A stretch of DNA of 64,000 nt from Solobacterium sp. (GCA_022486935.1 JAKVJO010000001.1:4820-68819), one strand, 5' to 3'; shown: positions 18,408 through 30,051, counted from the first letter of the stretch. Notes: generated from the sequence alone by a model not told the origin. Numbers and translations: made by a program.

Positions 18408-20117
18408 ATGACGCAGAAGAAACGTGTACATGTAACTTCAGAGACACTGAGAACGTTTGCCAGGGGAGAGATATCTTTCGCAGACATGATTGAGATAGAA
18501 CCATTGGATCAATCACTGCCGGAAGTAACTTATGATACCTACCGGATGACACTGGATGATTTTGATGCGGCACTGAAACACTTTTCCAAAGAGGAATCCA
18601 GGGAAGACCTGCTGGAGTGGGAAGCAGTGATCACCACTGAACATGAACCGGCCTGTCAGGCACTGCAGGTCTTTGATACAATCCGCAGAAGCACCTGTGA
18701 CAAAAAAGGATACCCGTGTCTTCCCGTCAGTGATGAAGATGTCATCCTGATGATTGTCAGCGGGATCATCGAAGATGAAAATGAGGATGATGATGATGAA
18801 GATGGGCAGATCAGTAAAGATATCCTGATGTCTGCGCTTGGCGTCAGTGAAGATGAATATGCCGGTCTTATGGCCGGTCTGGAATACGACGATGAACGGC
18901 TTGAAGAATACCGTGAATTGATTTCGGATGTCCGAAAGAACCGGTCCAAGAAAGAAGATCAGTGGGAATTCCCGGAACAGGTGAAGGATGATTTCATTGA
19001 ACGGATCCAGGACTGGTTTGAAGATGGCGGCTCAGTGCCGGCGCATCTTGTTTCGCTGTACATTACTTACGTAGAGGATCTGGCAGAAACGGAAGATGTG
19101 GATGCCCTGGAAGCACTGGCCTATGGCTATGCCGGCGGCAATCAGGCATTTCCATGTGACTGGAAACAGGCCAATGGCTATTTTGAAGAACTGCTGCGAG
19201 TCACCAGAAATCCGGAATATGGAGTACAGCTTGGCAAGATCGCTGCTTCCGGCTGTCTGAAGAAAAATCAGAAACCGGATTATGAGCAGGCATTCAGATA
19301 TTACACAGCGGCAGCGCTGAACGGCAGTATTGAAGGCAGACTGTGTCTTGCGGATATGTATAATTCCGGAGAGTATGTAAAAGAAGATGTAGCAACCTGT
19401 TTCACAATTCTGGATCAGCTCATCAGGGATTCACAGAAAGCATTCCTGGATGGCAGTCCGGATTCCCTGCTGCCGGAGGTTGCGACCAGACTTGCTCTGC
19501 TCTTTGAACAGATGGCAGTGAACGAAGATGATACAGATTCCTACGAGTATCTGGCAATGCATTATCTTCTGCAGGCAGCCTATGCCGAACGTCAGCGCAG
19601 AATGCTTGGCGAATCCGATCCCTGTGAAGGAACGGAAGAAACGATCAATGACGCACTGCAGCGTCTGGGCAGTCATGTCAAGGTGTCTGCAGGAATGAAA
19701 CACTTCAGATGCAGCTATCCAGGTTATCTGCAGGATATGCTGACCTATGGCCTGCTGGAGATGCGGGTCAGTGATGTCAGCGGCGGCAGGCTGGAACTGC
19801 AGTTCAGCCGTCCGAAAGAGGAGTACAGCCGGCGTGATCTGCTGGTGATTATGCCGGATCTCTGTTATTGCAGCGAACAGCACATGCTGAAGATCCAGTG
19901 CAGTCCTGCAACTTCCAAAGTCAAAGAAGGACAGATCTTTATCATCAACAGTATCGAACCGGCAAATGGCTCTGACAGCGGCGTTGTGTTCAATTCCTTT
20001 GGCAGAAAAGTACTGCAGATTACAGATCCTGGATTCAAATGTGAAATGAATCCGAATGGCTTCTTTGCCAAACCCAGGGCATATAAAACGGAATCATCAG
20101 GAAAGAAGAAAAAATGA
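18408..20117 (+). CDS. Acidic protein with SEL1-like repeats
   Basis: ALAYGYAGGN...DWKQANGYF, LGKIAASG...DYEQAFRYYTAAALNG, LADMYNSGEYVKED. Confidence 0.75.
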   Translation: MTQKKRVHVTSETLRTFARGEISFADMIEIEPLDQSLPEVTYDTYRMTLDDFDAALKHFSKEESREDLLEWEAVITTEHEPACQALQVFDTIRRSTCDKKGYPCLPVSDEDVILMIVSGIIEDENEDDDDEDGQISKDILMSALGVSEDEYAGLMAGLEYDDERLEEYRELISDVRKNRSKKEDQWEFPEQVKDDFIERIQDWFEDGGSVPAHLVSLYITYVEDLAETEDVDALEALAYGYAGGNQAFPCDWKQANGYFEELLRVTRNPEYGVQLGKIAASGCLKKNQKPDYEQAFRYYTAAALNGSIEGRLCLADMYNSGEYVKEDVATCFTILDQLIRDSQKAFLDGSPDSLLPEVATRLALLFEQMAVNEDDTDSYEYLAMHYLLQAAYAERQRRMLGESDPCEGTEETINDALQRLGSHVKVSAGMKHFRCSYPGYLQDMLTYGLLEMRVSDVSGGRLELQFSRPKEEYSRRDLLVIMPDLCYCSEQHMLKIQCSPATSKVKEGQIFIINSIEPANGSDSGVVFNSFGRKVLQITDPGFKCEMNPNGFFAKPRAYKTESSGKKKK

Positions 20118-20440
20118 TGGACTACGAGACATTGAGACAGGAGATTGAACAGTTCAACAAAGACCGTGATTGGGATCAGTTCCACTCCGCAGAGAATCTG
20201 GCCAAGTCAATTTCCATTGAGGCGGGAGAACTGCTGGAATGTTTCCAGTGGGACGGCAGACACTTTGATCAGGCGCATACCAAAGAAGAACTCTCTGATG
20301 TATTGATCTACTGCATTCAGATGGCTGATACGCTGCAGATTGATCTGCTGGATACCGCCCATGCCAAGATGCAGCAGAACGCCGCAAAATATCCGGTCAA
20401 ACTGGCAAAGGGAAACGCAAAGAAATACAGTGATCTCTGA
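20114..20440 (+). CDS. MazG-like nucleotide pyrophosphohydrolase (dCTP pyrophosphatase type)
   Basis: RDWDQFHSAENLAKSISIEAGELLECFQW, EELSDV, KMQQNAAKYP. Confidence 0.92.
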   Translation: MMDYETLRQEIEQFNKDRDWDQFHSAENLAKSISIEAGELLECFQWDGRHFDQAHTKEELSDVLIYCIQMADTLQIDLLDTAHAKMQQNAAKYPVKLAKGNAKKYSDL

Positions 20441-20556
20441 TTGCATGGCGTCAGAAATCATGGAACAGATGCTTCACTTGTGATAAAACTATTGGTGTTG
20501 AAAAGCAGACCGGCATTGCTTTTGGGTCTGCTTTGTTTTGGAAGGAGCGCACAGCA

Positions 20557-22245
20557 ATGAGCAAGTTTGAAATTACCAGTGACTATTCCAGTCTTTCCCT
20601 GGATGATGAAGAACAGATCACGTTAAAATCAAAAAGCACTCATTTTCTATCCGTCAGTTTTACACCGGATGACCTGGAATCTCTCCGCTTCCGTAAAGCA
20701 GCAGAGAATCAACCTGGATATATCAGTTTTCATATGAATGACGGCCGCGTGCTGCTGGGCCGGTTTGGCGAAGCAGAGAAGAATCAGTACCGTCAGTTCT
20801 TTCTGGCAGTCAGGGATGTACTGCTGTCTGATATCGATGAAGCTGCAGGCACTGAAGCAAGTGAATCAACACCGGATATGGCTGAGACGAAAACGGTACT
20901 GATGCCAAACCTCAATGCGGCAGGGGAGCCGATCATCAATGCACCATCGTCTATTGCACAGGCAGAAGAAGAAACTGTAACAGAAACAACGGTACAGCCT
21001 GAGGAAACAGAACAGCCTGAAGCTGAACCGGAGGAGCAGGAAGTGGAAGAAGCACCTGCAGAAGAACCGGAAGATACACCTGAAGAAACACAGTCTGATG
21101 AAGACTACGCGGTAGATGAAGACGAACCCGCAGAAGAATCAGAACCGGAAGCGGAAGAACCAGATGAACCAGAGGAACCATCCGGTTCAAGGCATCACAT
21201 GAATCTCATGATTCTCTTTGCGTTTATCCTCGGCCTTGTCTATTCCGTCTTCCTGATTGCCTATTACGGAGGATTCTCCGGTGATCTGATCACGAAGTAT
21301 TCCACCCTGGGCGATTACATGAGTTTCAACCGCAGCTTTATCAGCCCGCATGCACTCTGTGCTGTCTTTGCGACTGTGTTTGCCGGACTTGCACTGCTGA
21401 AGGATCAGCCGTGGTGTGCGCTGGCATCTTCGGTATTGTATTTTGCTTCAGCGGCAGTCTTTCCGCCGTATGTCTTCTTTGTCATCATTGAAGCAGTGTT
21501 CTGTCTGATTGGTTTCTTCCAGCTGAAAAAGGTAAAACAGAGAGAATCCAAGAACTTCAAACTGCACTGGATCTATGCAATGGATGCAATGCTTGGCGCA
21601 CTGGCTGCAGTTGCCCTGGTATGCATGTTGGCATCTTCCTTCCTGGATTCCCGCACCTCCAACAAAGCATACGCAACCGCGTCTGCCTCTGCTTCTGCAG
21701 TAAGTGAAACCGCTGCACCGTCGCAGGAAACAGCGAATCCTTCTTCCACTGCTGCAGGAACCGACAACCTGGATGAATACAGCCGGATTACCCTTGGCGA
21801 TACCGCAAACAGCGGTGAGGGCGGAACCACGTACGCAAGTGTTTCGGCATTTCTTGGAACGCCTGTTTCCAAAGTGGACAGCAGTACTGCAGATGTCTCC
21901 AACATCTCCTATACCTGGTATGATTCCATGCTTGGTGAAAATGCGTCCTATACCATTACCTTTATCAATGACATGGCTGTCAACAAGAGCTATGCAGGCT
22001 TCAGCAGTCTGAATACAGATACCGTGATTACTGCAGATCAGTACAATGCCGTGGCAACGGATGGAACACTCTCCTATGATCAGGCAGTATCACAATTCGG
22101 CCAGCCGGACAGTGAATCAGAATCACTGATCGATGGTACAGACAGCCGCTATGTCTCATGGACCAATACAGAGACTGCCGGTGCCTCGATCTCCATTACC
22201 TTTACCAACAACATGGCAACTGACAAGTCTTCCTACGGTCTCTGA
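20557..22245 (+). CDS. Membrane protein with acidic linker and two C-terminal DUF3862/BLIP-like repeats
   Basis: AGGAG RBS. E/P-rich linker, about 5 TM, then two repeats of the Y..V...lG.P...W...ITF.N.MA..KS..G pattern. Confidence 0.75.
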   Translation: MSKFEITSDYSSLSLDDEEQITLKSKSTHFLSVSFTPDDLESLRFRKAAENQPGYISFHMNDGRVLLGRFGEAEKNQYRQFFLAVRDVLLSDIDEAAGTEASESTPDMAETKTVLMPNLNAAGEPIINAPSSIAQAEEETVTETTVQPEETEQPEAEPEEQEVEEAPAEEPEDTPEETQSDEDYAVDEDEPAEESEPEAEEPDEPEEPSGSRHHMNLMILFAFILGLVYSVFLIAYYGGFSGDLITKYSTLGDYMSFNRSFISPHALCAVFATVFAGLALLKDQPWCALASSVLYFASAAVFPPYVFFVIIEAVFCLIGFFQLKKVKQRESKNFKLHWIYAMDAMLGALAAVALVCMLASSFLDSRTSNKAYATASASASAVSETAAPSQETANPSSTAAGTDNLDEYSRITLGDTANSGEGGTTYASVSAFLGTPVSKVDSSTADVSNISYTWYDSMLGENASYTITFINDMAVNKSYAGFSSLNTDTVITADQYNAVATDGTLSYDQAVSQFGQPDSESESLIDGTDSRYVSWTNTETAGASISITFTNNMATDKSSYGL

Positions 22246-22275
22246 TCACAGGAATTGAACAGGTATTTATAAAAT

Positions 22276-22322
22276 ACAGCAGTGCGTTCTTCATCGCTCA
22301 TGAAGGATGCACTGCTGTTTTG
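22276..22322. terminator. Bidirectional terminator
   Basis: Long stem ACAGCAGTGCGTTCTTCAT / ATGAAGGATGCACTGCTGT between convergent genes. Confidence 0.75.
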
Positions 22323-22328
22323 AGATAC

Positions 22329-23462
22329 TTATTCCGGCAGCGGTTCTTTCTTGCCGGGATCAATGGTACTGACAATCATGGTACGGCTGATTTTTTCATA
22401 CCAGTATGGATGCTGCGGTTTGAAGATACGCAGGATGATTTCACCGAAGAAGATGACCCAGACAATCACTGACAGAAGATTGATGAGATCCAGAACGGTC
22501 TGCAGGATGCCGGTTGACTGACCGGCTGATGCAGAAAGAGTGACACTGGCAAATAACAGGGCAAGCAGTCCGTATCTCAGGGTGATCTTCCAGAAGGATG
22601 CCGGTTTTTGATCACTGCCTGCCACCTGCAGGTTGCAGATGATCTTGCCAGGTGATACGCCATGGCCCAAAAGGGCATACAGCCACATGATCAGCAGGAA
22701 CAGATCCATTGCATAATCGCCGCTCAGATGCAGATTGAACTGCAGCAGGATCAGCTGGAAGGCAGAGTAGACCAGCAGGTACAGCAGGAAGTCCACACTG
22801 TCAGCCGCGGCTCTTCTGAGAAAGGAGACATTGACGCTTCTGGCAATGGATTGGGAGTCAAGGTGACGTCTGCTTGGCAGAAAGAATGTGAAGATCGGTG
22901 CGATTACCCAGCCGATCGTTCCGCCCAGTGTATTGCAGATCAGATCATCCGCATCAAAGGTGCGGTAAGGTGCCGGATAGTAGCCGTACAGTCCGCTCAG
23001 CTGGGTCAGTTCATAGAACAGGCTCAGTAGGAAACTGAACAGCACTGTCTTCTTCAAACTGTATTTGAAGTAATAGCGCAGGAAGATGCCGAACGGAACT
23101 GTCATCAGTGTATTGAATGCCAGCTGCAGGAAGGAAAAACTCTTGAAGAATTTCAGCAGTGAGGACAGCGTTCCATCAAACGGATGTTTCTGGAAATATT
23201 CAATCGTGTTGTTGAATGGCATCGGTTCAAAATGCTTTTCAAAACTGAAGAGAGAAAGATTACTTTTATCTGGCAGCGGCAGGATGATCAGGAAGTAGGC
23301 TGCCAGCATGTAGAAGATGAAGGCATAGACAATCAGAACCCGCATCCAGTGAATGGATCCGTAATGATGATACTGGTACAGGATGAAGGGCAGGGTGATC
23401 ACTGCCGCAAGCAGCGGAAATGCCACAATTGCAGTTTTGATGGAACTCAGATAACTGGTCAA
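22329..23462 (-). CDS. VanZ family membrane protein with C-terminal RDD-like domain
   Basis: FNTLMTVPFG, LFYELTQ, FDADDLICNTLG (VanZ); RRAAADSVD and SPGK (RDD). TTG start with AGGAGG. Confidence 0.88.
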   Translation of the reverse strand: MTSYLSSIKTAIVAFPLLAAVITLPFILYQYHHYGSIHWMRVLIVYAFIFYMLAAYFLIILPLPDKSNLSLFSFEKHFEPMPFNNTIEYFQKHPFDGTLSSLLKFFKSFSFLQLAFNTLMTVPFGIFLRYYFKYSLKKTVLFSFLLSLFYELTQLSGLYGYYPAPYRTFDADDLICNTLGGTIGWVIAPIFTFFLPSRRHLDSQSIARSVNVSFLRRAAADSVDFLLYLLVYSAFQLILLQFNLHLSGDYAMDLFLLIMWLYALLGHGVSPGKIICNLQVAGSDQKPASFWKITLRYGLLALLFASVTLSASAGQSTGILQTVLDLINLLSVIVWVIFFGEIILRIFKPQHPYWYEKISRTMIVSTIDPGKKEPLPE

Positions 23463-23582
23463 AGCAGTGTTCCTCCTTTTCTTGTCTGTGACGTAAGAAT
23501 TATAGCCGAATCACTGCTGTCAGGTGTATGATGATAACAACATTTTCCTTTCATTTTTGTAAGGGCAGCGGGGGTAAAAACT

Positions 23583-24704
23583 GTGAGAGACAAACGGCGT
23601 TCCATCATTATCGGCTTTACGTTATTTTCCATGTTTTTCGGTGCGGGAAACCTGATCTTTCCGCCACATCTTGGCTTGAGATCCGGCTCTTCCATGCCAT
23701 GGGCAATGCTGGGAATGCTGATCACTGCTGTTATCATGCCGATTCTGGCTGTGTTTGCCGTATCAAGACACGGCAGCCTAACCAACCTTGCCAGCCGCAT
23801 CCATCCTCTCTTTGCCCTGGTCTTTACCATCCTGGTGTATCTGTTGATCGGGCCCTGTGTGGCAATTCCCCGTACGGCATCTACCAGCTATGAAATGCTG
23901 GTGTCTCCGCTGGTCAGTGAGTTTGGCTGGAATGGCAGTGTGCTGCAGATTGTCTATGCGGCAGTCTTCTTTACCCTGGCATCCATTGCCGCACTGCGTC
24001 CCAACAAACTTCACCACATTCTCGGCCGGATCATGACTCCGGTGCTTCTGATCATGATCACGGTCATCTTTATCGGTACGGCATTGAATATCAATACAGC
24101 AGCTGCTGCTCCGGCGGCAGAATACGCATCGCATCCATTCATTGAAGGCTTTGTGTGCGGCTATCAGACACTGGATATCTTTGCGGCATTGAACTTCGGC
24201 ATTGTACTCACACTGAATATCCAGGATATGGGCATCACAGATCCGCGTCAGATTGACCATGAAACCAAGAAGGCCGGTGTGACTGCCGGGATCCTGCTTG
24301 GCGTTGTCTATCTTGCCATGGCTTATATCGGCATGGTGATGAGCAGCCGGCTTCCGGATGCGGCAAACGGTGCAGAGATACTGAATGCGGCAGTCTATGC
24401 AGTCTTCGGTTCCTGGGGACAGAAACTTGTCGGAGTGGTATTCCTGGTTGCCTGCTTTGATGTCTGCACGGGCCTGCTGTCCTGCACTTCAAGATACTTC
24501 TATCAGCTGCAGCCAAAACTGTCTTATCGGAAATGGCTGGTGCTGTTTACATTGTCTGCGTTTATCATCTCCAGCATGGGCCTGAACTTCATTCTGAACA
24601 TGGCACTGCCGGTTCTGGAAGTACTGGCTCCGATTGCGATTATCCTTGTCATCATCGGCCTGATTCTCAAGCCGAAGAAGCTGTCGGCAGAAACCGGAAA
24701 ATGA
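23583..24704 (+). CDS. brnQ: Branched-chain amino acid:cation symporter (short form)
   Basis: LFSMFFGAGNLIFPP, AIPRTA, GYQTLD. Confidence 0.88.
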   Translation: MRDKRRSIIIGFTLFSMFFGAGNLIFPPHLGLRSGSSMPWAMLGMLITAVIMPILAVFAVSRHGSLTNLASRIHPLFALVFTILVYLLIGPCVAIPRTASTSYEMLVSPLVSEFGWNGSVLQIVYAAVFFTLASIAALRPNKLHHILGRIMTPVLLIMITVIFIGTALNINTAAAAPAAEYASHPFIEGFVCGYQTLDIFAALNFGIVLTLNIQDMGITDPRQIDHETKKAGVTAGILLGVVYLAMAYIGMVMSSRLPDAANGAEILNAAVYAVFGSWGQKLVGVVFLVACFDVCTGLLSCTSRYFYQLQPKLSYRKWLVLFTLSAFIISSMGLNFILNMALPVLEVLAPIAIILVIIGLILKPKKLSAETGK

Positions 24705-24729
24705 TACTGACCTGTGATAAACTGATCTC

Positions 24730-25917
24730 ATGTTGAAAAAAACACTGATCCCTGCAATTCTTTCGGCAGTGCTGCTGTCCGGCTGTGATCCGATCCGGAT
24801 CCCGGACTGGCTGAATCTGACGGACGGCGATACGATCGTCATTGAGCCAACTGCCGGTACGCTTTACCATACCGAACAGGATGTACCGGACCATGACAGC
24901 AATACGGATTACTACTATGCCCAGCTCTCCAGCGAAGAGCAGGGTGCTTATGATCTGATTGCGGCAGGATGTTCTTCCTACAGCGGTGAGATTACCCTGA
25001 ATCCGATTTCCATGGATTCCTTTTACAAGGCACAGGCTGCCTATACGTATGATCACCCGGAAGTATTCTGGCTGCACAGTTTCACGATCAGTTCCGTCAA
25101 TGATCAGGCAGTTGGGGTAACCTACACCATGCAGGATGACTATCAGAGTATTTCAGAGAACATCCAGAACATGGCAGATGAGATCATTGCCGGGATCCCG
25201 GCCGGATCCAGCACCTATGAACAGATCAAGTATTTCTATGACTATCTGGTCAATACCGTAGACTACCAGGATGCGGATGATGAGATTGACCAGGATATCC
25301 GCAGTGTATTCCTGAATCATTCCTCGGTCTGCACCGGCTATACCCGGGCATTCCAGTATCTGTGCGATCGGGCAGGAATCTGGTGCACCATGGTGTCCGG
25401 TACGGTCAATGACGGCGTCGGGCACAGCTGGAATCTGGTACGGATTGATGATCACTACTACTGGGTTGATGTGACCTGGGGCGATCCGGTCTTTACAGAT
25501 GCAGATGTGAACATGATTGACTACAATTATCTGTGTGTCAGCGATTCGCAGCTGTTGACTTCGCATGTACTGGATCATGGTATCCGGATGTCCAACTATG
25601 AATCGGATTCCGTCTTTACCTATCCGGAATGCGACGATGATTCACTGAACTACTTCAAACTGAACGGCAGCTGGTTTGACAGCTATGATGTCAGTACCGT
25701 GAAGCAGTATATTGCTTCAAAGATCCAGTCCAATGATACAGAACAGATCGATATCAAGTTCGCGGATCATGATTCCTATCAGGCAGCCTATACGGATCTC
25801 TTTGATAACGGCGTGCTGGTCGGCCTGTTGAAACTGTATTATCACCAGGGCTGTTCCTACAGCTATACCACCGATGAGGCAGCGGATTATATCAGGCTGT
25901 CCATCACCTCCAACTAG
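24730..25917 (+). CDS. Transglutaminase-like domain lipoprotein
   Basis: Lipobox LLSGC. Catalytic motifs VCTGYTRAF, HSWNLV and VDVTW. Confidence 0.85.
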   Translation: MLKKTLIPAILSAVLLSGCDPIRIPDWLNLTDGDTIVIEPTAGTLYHTEQDVPDHDSNTDYYYAQLSSEEQGAYDLIAAGCSSYSGEITLNPISMDSFYKAQAAYTYDHPEVFWLHSFTISSVNDQAVGVTYTMQDDYQSISENIQNMADEIIAGIPAGSSTYEQIKYFYDYLVNTVDYQDADDEIDQDIRSVFLNHSSVCTGYTRAFQYLCDRAGIWCTMVSGTVNDGVGHSWNLVRIDDHYYWVDVTWGDPVFTDADVNMIDYNYLCVSDSQLLTSHVLDHGIRMSNYESDSVFTYPECDDDSLNYFKLNGSWFDSYDVSTVKQYIASKIQSNDTEQIDIKFADHDSYQAAYTDLFDNGVLVGLLKLYYHQGCSYSYTTDEAADYIRLSITSN

Positions 25918-25932
25918 AAAGCGGGATGTTGC

Positions 25933-26709
25933 ATGATGGAAGGATTTCGCAGAGAACTGAATTTCCGTGAATTGGGCGGGATCCAGGTCAAAGACGGCAG
26001 AAGGGTCAAGCACGGCTGTTTCTACCGCTCTTCGCCGATCGCTTCAATGAACGCGGAAGAACAGAAGACACTGAGCAGTCTTGGCATCAAGGTGATACTT
26101 GATCTGAGAAGTGACTATGAAGCAGAAAAGGCACCGGATCCAGACGTGATTGGTGCGGAATATATCAAGGCCAGTGCGGCCATGGACTTCTCTGGCCATG
26201 AGGTGGATTTCTCACCGGAAGAGATGGAGCAGGCACTGAAAAACGGAACACTTCCTGCTGAAACAATGAGTGCCGGCATGAGACAGATGTACAGCCGGAT
26301 GCCATTCAATAATCCGGCCTGGACAATTCTGTTTGACTGCCTGAAACAGGACCGTGTACCGATGCTGTACCATTGCTCGGCTGGCAAGGACCGTACCGGA
26401 ACCGCATCTGAACTGATCCTGCTGGCACTGGGTGCTGAGGATCAGGCAGTGCTGGATGATTATATGATGTCCAATGTCTATCGCAGCGCACAGATTGAAG
26501 CACTGATGAACATGCAGAAAGATACGATCACTGCCCATCCGGAATACCGGGCTGTATTCCAGTCCTGGGAAGGGGTATTGAAAGAAAATATGATTGCTTC
26601 CCTGCAGGCAATCATCAAGAGCTATGGCACATATGAAGCATATTTTCTTGACCAGTTCGATCTGGATCAAAACGGGCTGGATCATCTGAGAGATCTGTAT
26701 CTGGAATAG
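25933..26709 (+). CDS. Protein tyrosine/lipid phosphatase (PtpB/IphP-like)
   Basis: NFRELGG, IlDLRS, HCSAGKDRTG P-loop, DYMMSN. Confidence 0.92.
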   Translation: MMEGFRRELNFRELGGIQVKDGRRVKHGCFYRSSPIASMNAEEQKTLSSLGIKVILDLRSDYEAEKAPDPDVIGAEYIKASAAMDFSGHEVDFSPEEMEQALKNGTLPAETMSAGMRQMYSRMPFNNPAWTILFDCLKQDRVPMLYHCSAGKDRTGTASELILLALGAEDQAVLDDYMMSNVYRSAQIEALMNMQKDTITAHPEYRAVFQSWEGVLKENMIASLQAIIKSYGTYEAYFLDQFDLDQNGLDHLRDLYLE

Positions 26710-26715
26710 GAGTCT

Positions 26716-27489
26716 ATGTCTGAACTGAATTCGTACTTTCGCAGTGAACTGAATCTGAGAGATCTTGGCGGATATGTGATGGAAGACGGCCGTCGGATCA
26801 AGTCAGGGATGATCTACCGCAGCGGCGGTCTTTTCCTGATGAATGAATCTGAGATTGAACACTTGAATGCACTGCATCTCAGGACCATTCTCGATCTGCG
26901 GACCCAAACCGAAGCCAGCAGACGGCAGGATCCGCTGCCGCAGGGGGTACAGTATCTGCAGGCCAGCGGTGTACTCAACAAGTACGGAAAAGAGATTGAC
27001 TTCTCACCCAGCGGCATGCGGCAGAATGGTGAAGAGGGAAAGGCACAGCTTTCTTCCCTGAAGCATTACTACATGGAGATGCCTTACGATAACGGTGCGT
27101 TCCATCTGTTGTTTGAAGAACTGCTGAAGCAGGCTGCACCATTGCTGTTCCATTGCGCATCTGGAAAAGACAGAACCGGTGTTGCGGCCATGCTGGTGAT
27201 GAAAGCACTCGGGGCAGGCGATGAAGTGACCATCCAGGACTACATGCTGAGCAACGTATACCGGCGCCATCTGATTGAAAAGGCAGAACTGAAAGACGGC
27301 GAAGAGATGAAGAACGATCCGGTCTTTGCCGAACTGATTCACATGCAGAAAGGCGTCAGTGAAGAGATCGGCTGGATGGTGCTGAATGGCATCATTGCCC
27401 GCAGTCACAGTTATGAACAGTTCTTCCAGGAACAGTACGGACTGGATTCTTCAAAATTAAATGAGTTGAGGAATGATTATCTTGAATAA
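26716..27489 (+). CDS. Protein tyrosine/lipid phosphatase (PtpB/IphP-like), second paralog
   Basis: NLRDLGG, ILDLRT, HCASGKDRTG, DYMLSN. Confidence 0.92.
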   Translation: MSELNSYFRSELNLRDLGGYVMEDGRRIKSGMIYRSGGLFLMNESEIEHLNALHLRTILDLRTQTEASRRQDPLPQGVQYLQASGVLNKYGKEIDFSPSGMRQNGEEGKAQLSSLKHYYMEMPYDNGAFHLLFEELLKQAAPLLFHCASGKDRTGVAAMLVMKALGAGDEVTIQDYMLSNVYRRHLIEKAELKDGEEMKNDPVFAELIHMQKGVSEEIGWMVLNGIIARSHSYEQFFQEQYGLDSSKLNELRNDYLE

Positions 27490-27493
27490 AATC

Positions 27494-27517
27494 AGCCGGC
27501 GAATCCGGCTTTTTCTT
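27494..27517 (+). terminator. Intrinsic terminator
   Basis: AGCCGG-CGAAT-CCGGCT-TTTTCTT. Confidence 0.7.
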
Positions 27518-27542
27518 CGCTATAATGAAAGCAGAGTCATAA

Positions 27543-29033
<1,491 letters not shown>

Positions 29034-29036
<3 letters not shown>

Positions 29037-29047
29037 AATCGCTTACA
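29034..29047. promoter_or_regulatory. cre / LacI-family operator candidate
   Basis: TGAAATCGCTTACA fits the cre consensus TGWNANCGNTNWCA. It lies just upstream of TTGCAT-16-TAAGAT before the sugar kinase. Confidence 0.55.
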
Positions 29048-29119
29048 TGCATGCATTTGCATTCTCGCCCAGATAGAGTAAGATAATAACTCGTTCCAAA
29101 GGAAAAGGAGGAGACACAC

Positions 29120-30040
29120 ATGATTATTACCGTAACGCTGAACCCATGTATCGATTACTACATCCATGTCAACGCACCGCTGATGGAAGATGAAGTCAAC
29201 CGCGGCAGTGAAGAACAGTTCAAGGCAGCCGGCAAAGGACTCAAGGTCTCCAGATTGTTATCTGAACTCGGAATCCCCTCAACGGCAATTGCCGTACTGG
29301 GCGGATTTACCGGAAAATACATTGAGCAGTGCTTTGCCTCAGATCCATTGATCCGTCTGGCACCGGTGAAAGTGAATGGCGTCAACCGCATCAACATGAA
29401 AGCCTGGATGGATGAATCCAAGGCACTCTGCATCAACGGCGAAGGGCCGGAAGCGGACAATGTCACCAAGTCCGTGGTACTCAGCCAGCTGCACCGCACG
29501 ATGCCGAATGACTGGGTACTGCTGTCAGGCTCCATGATGAAGGGCTTCGATGATGACTTTCTGAAAGAGGCTGCGGAGACCGTCCATGCCCATGGCGGCA
29601 ATGTCGTCTTTGACATGGAGCAGGCTTCCATTGAAGTGATGAAGCAGTGCCATCCGGAACTGATCAAGCCGAATCTTTATGAGTACAACAAACTGCTGGG
29701 CAGAGATGATATCACTGCCGCCAACCTTGGTGAGCACCTGGCAGAAACAGCCGGAATTGCAAAGTTCCGTCTGATCTCCTGCGGCAAGGACGGTGCAGTG
29801 CTGGCCACCCCGGAAGGTGACTTCTGGATGGATCAGCCCCATGATGAGATGGTCAACAAGGCCGGTGCAGGCGATGCCATGCTGGCAGCGTTTGTCGGCA
29901 GTATTGCCAAGGGCAGAACGCTTTCTGAATCACTGCTCTGGGCAGGGGCAGCCGGAAATGCGGCCGCGAGCACCCTGGACCAGGTCACCGAAACACTGGT
30001 GGAATCGTATCTTGAACACATCCGTGTTTACCAGAAGTAA
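29120..30040 (+). CDS. 1-phosphofructokinase family hexose kinase (PfkB)
   Basis: TVTLNPCID, AGKG, LSGS, IKPN..E, GAGDA. Confidence 0.9.
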   Translation: MIITVTLNPCIDYYIHVNAPLMEDEVNRGSEEQFKAAGKGLKVSRLLSELGIPSTAIAVLGGFTGKYIEQCFASDPLIRLAPVKVNGVNRINMKAWMDESKALCINGEGPEADNVTKSVVLSQLHRTMPNDWVLLSGSMMKGFDDDFLKEAAETVHAHGGNVVFDMEQASIEVMKQCHPELIKPNLYEYNKLLGRDDITAANLGEHLAETAGIAKFRLISCGKDGAVLATPEGDFWMDQPHDEMVNKAGAGDAMLAAFVGSIAKGRTLSESLLWAGAAGNAAASTLDQVTETLVESYLEHIRVYQK

Positions 30041-30051
30041 TCGATCGATTC

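Noticed and set aside
22329-23462. Glycopeptide resistance cluster
   Set aside because: A lone VanZ/RDD protein with no vanH, vanA, vanX or vanY.
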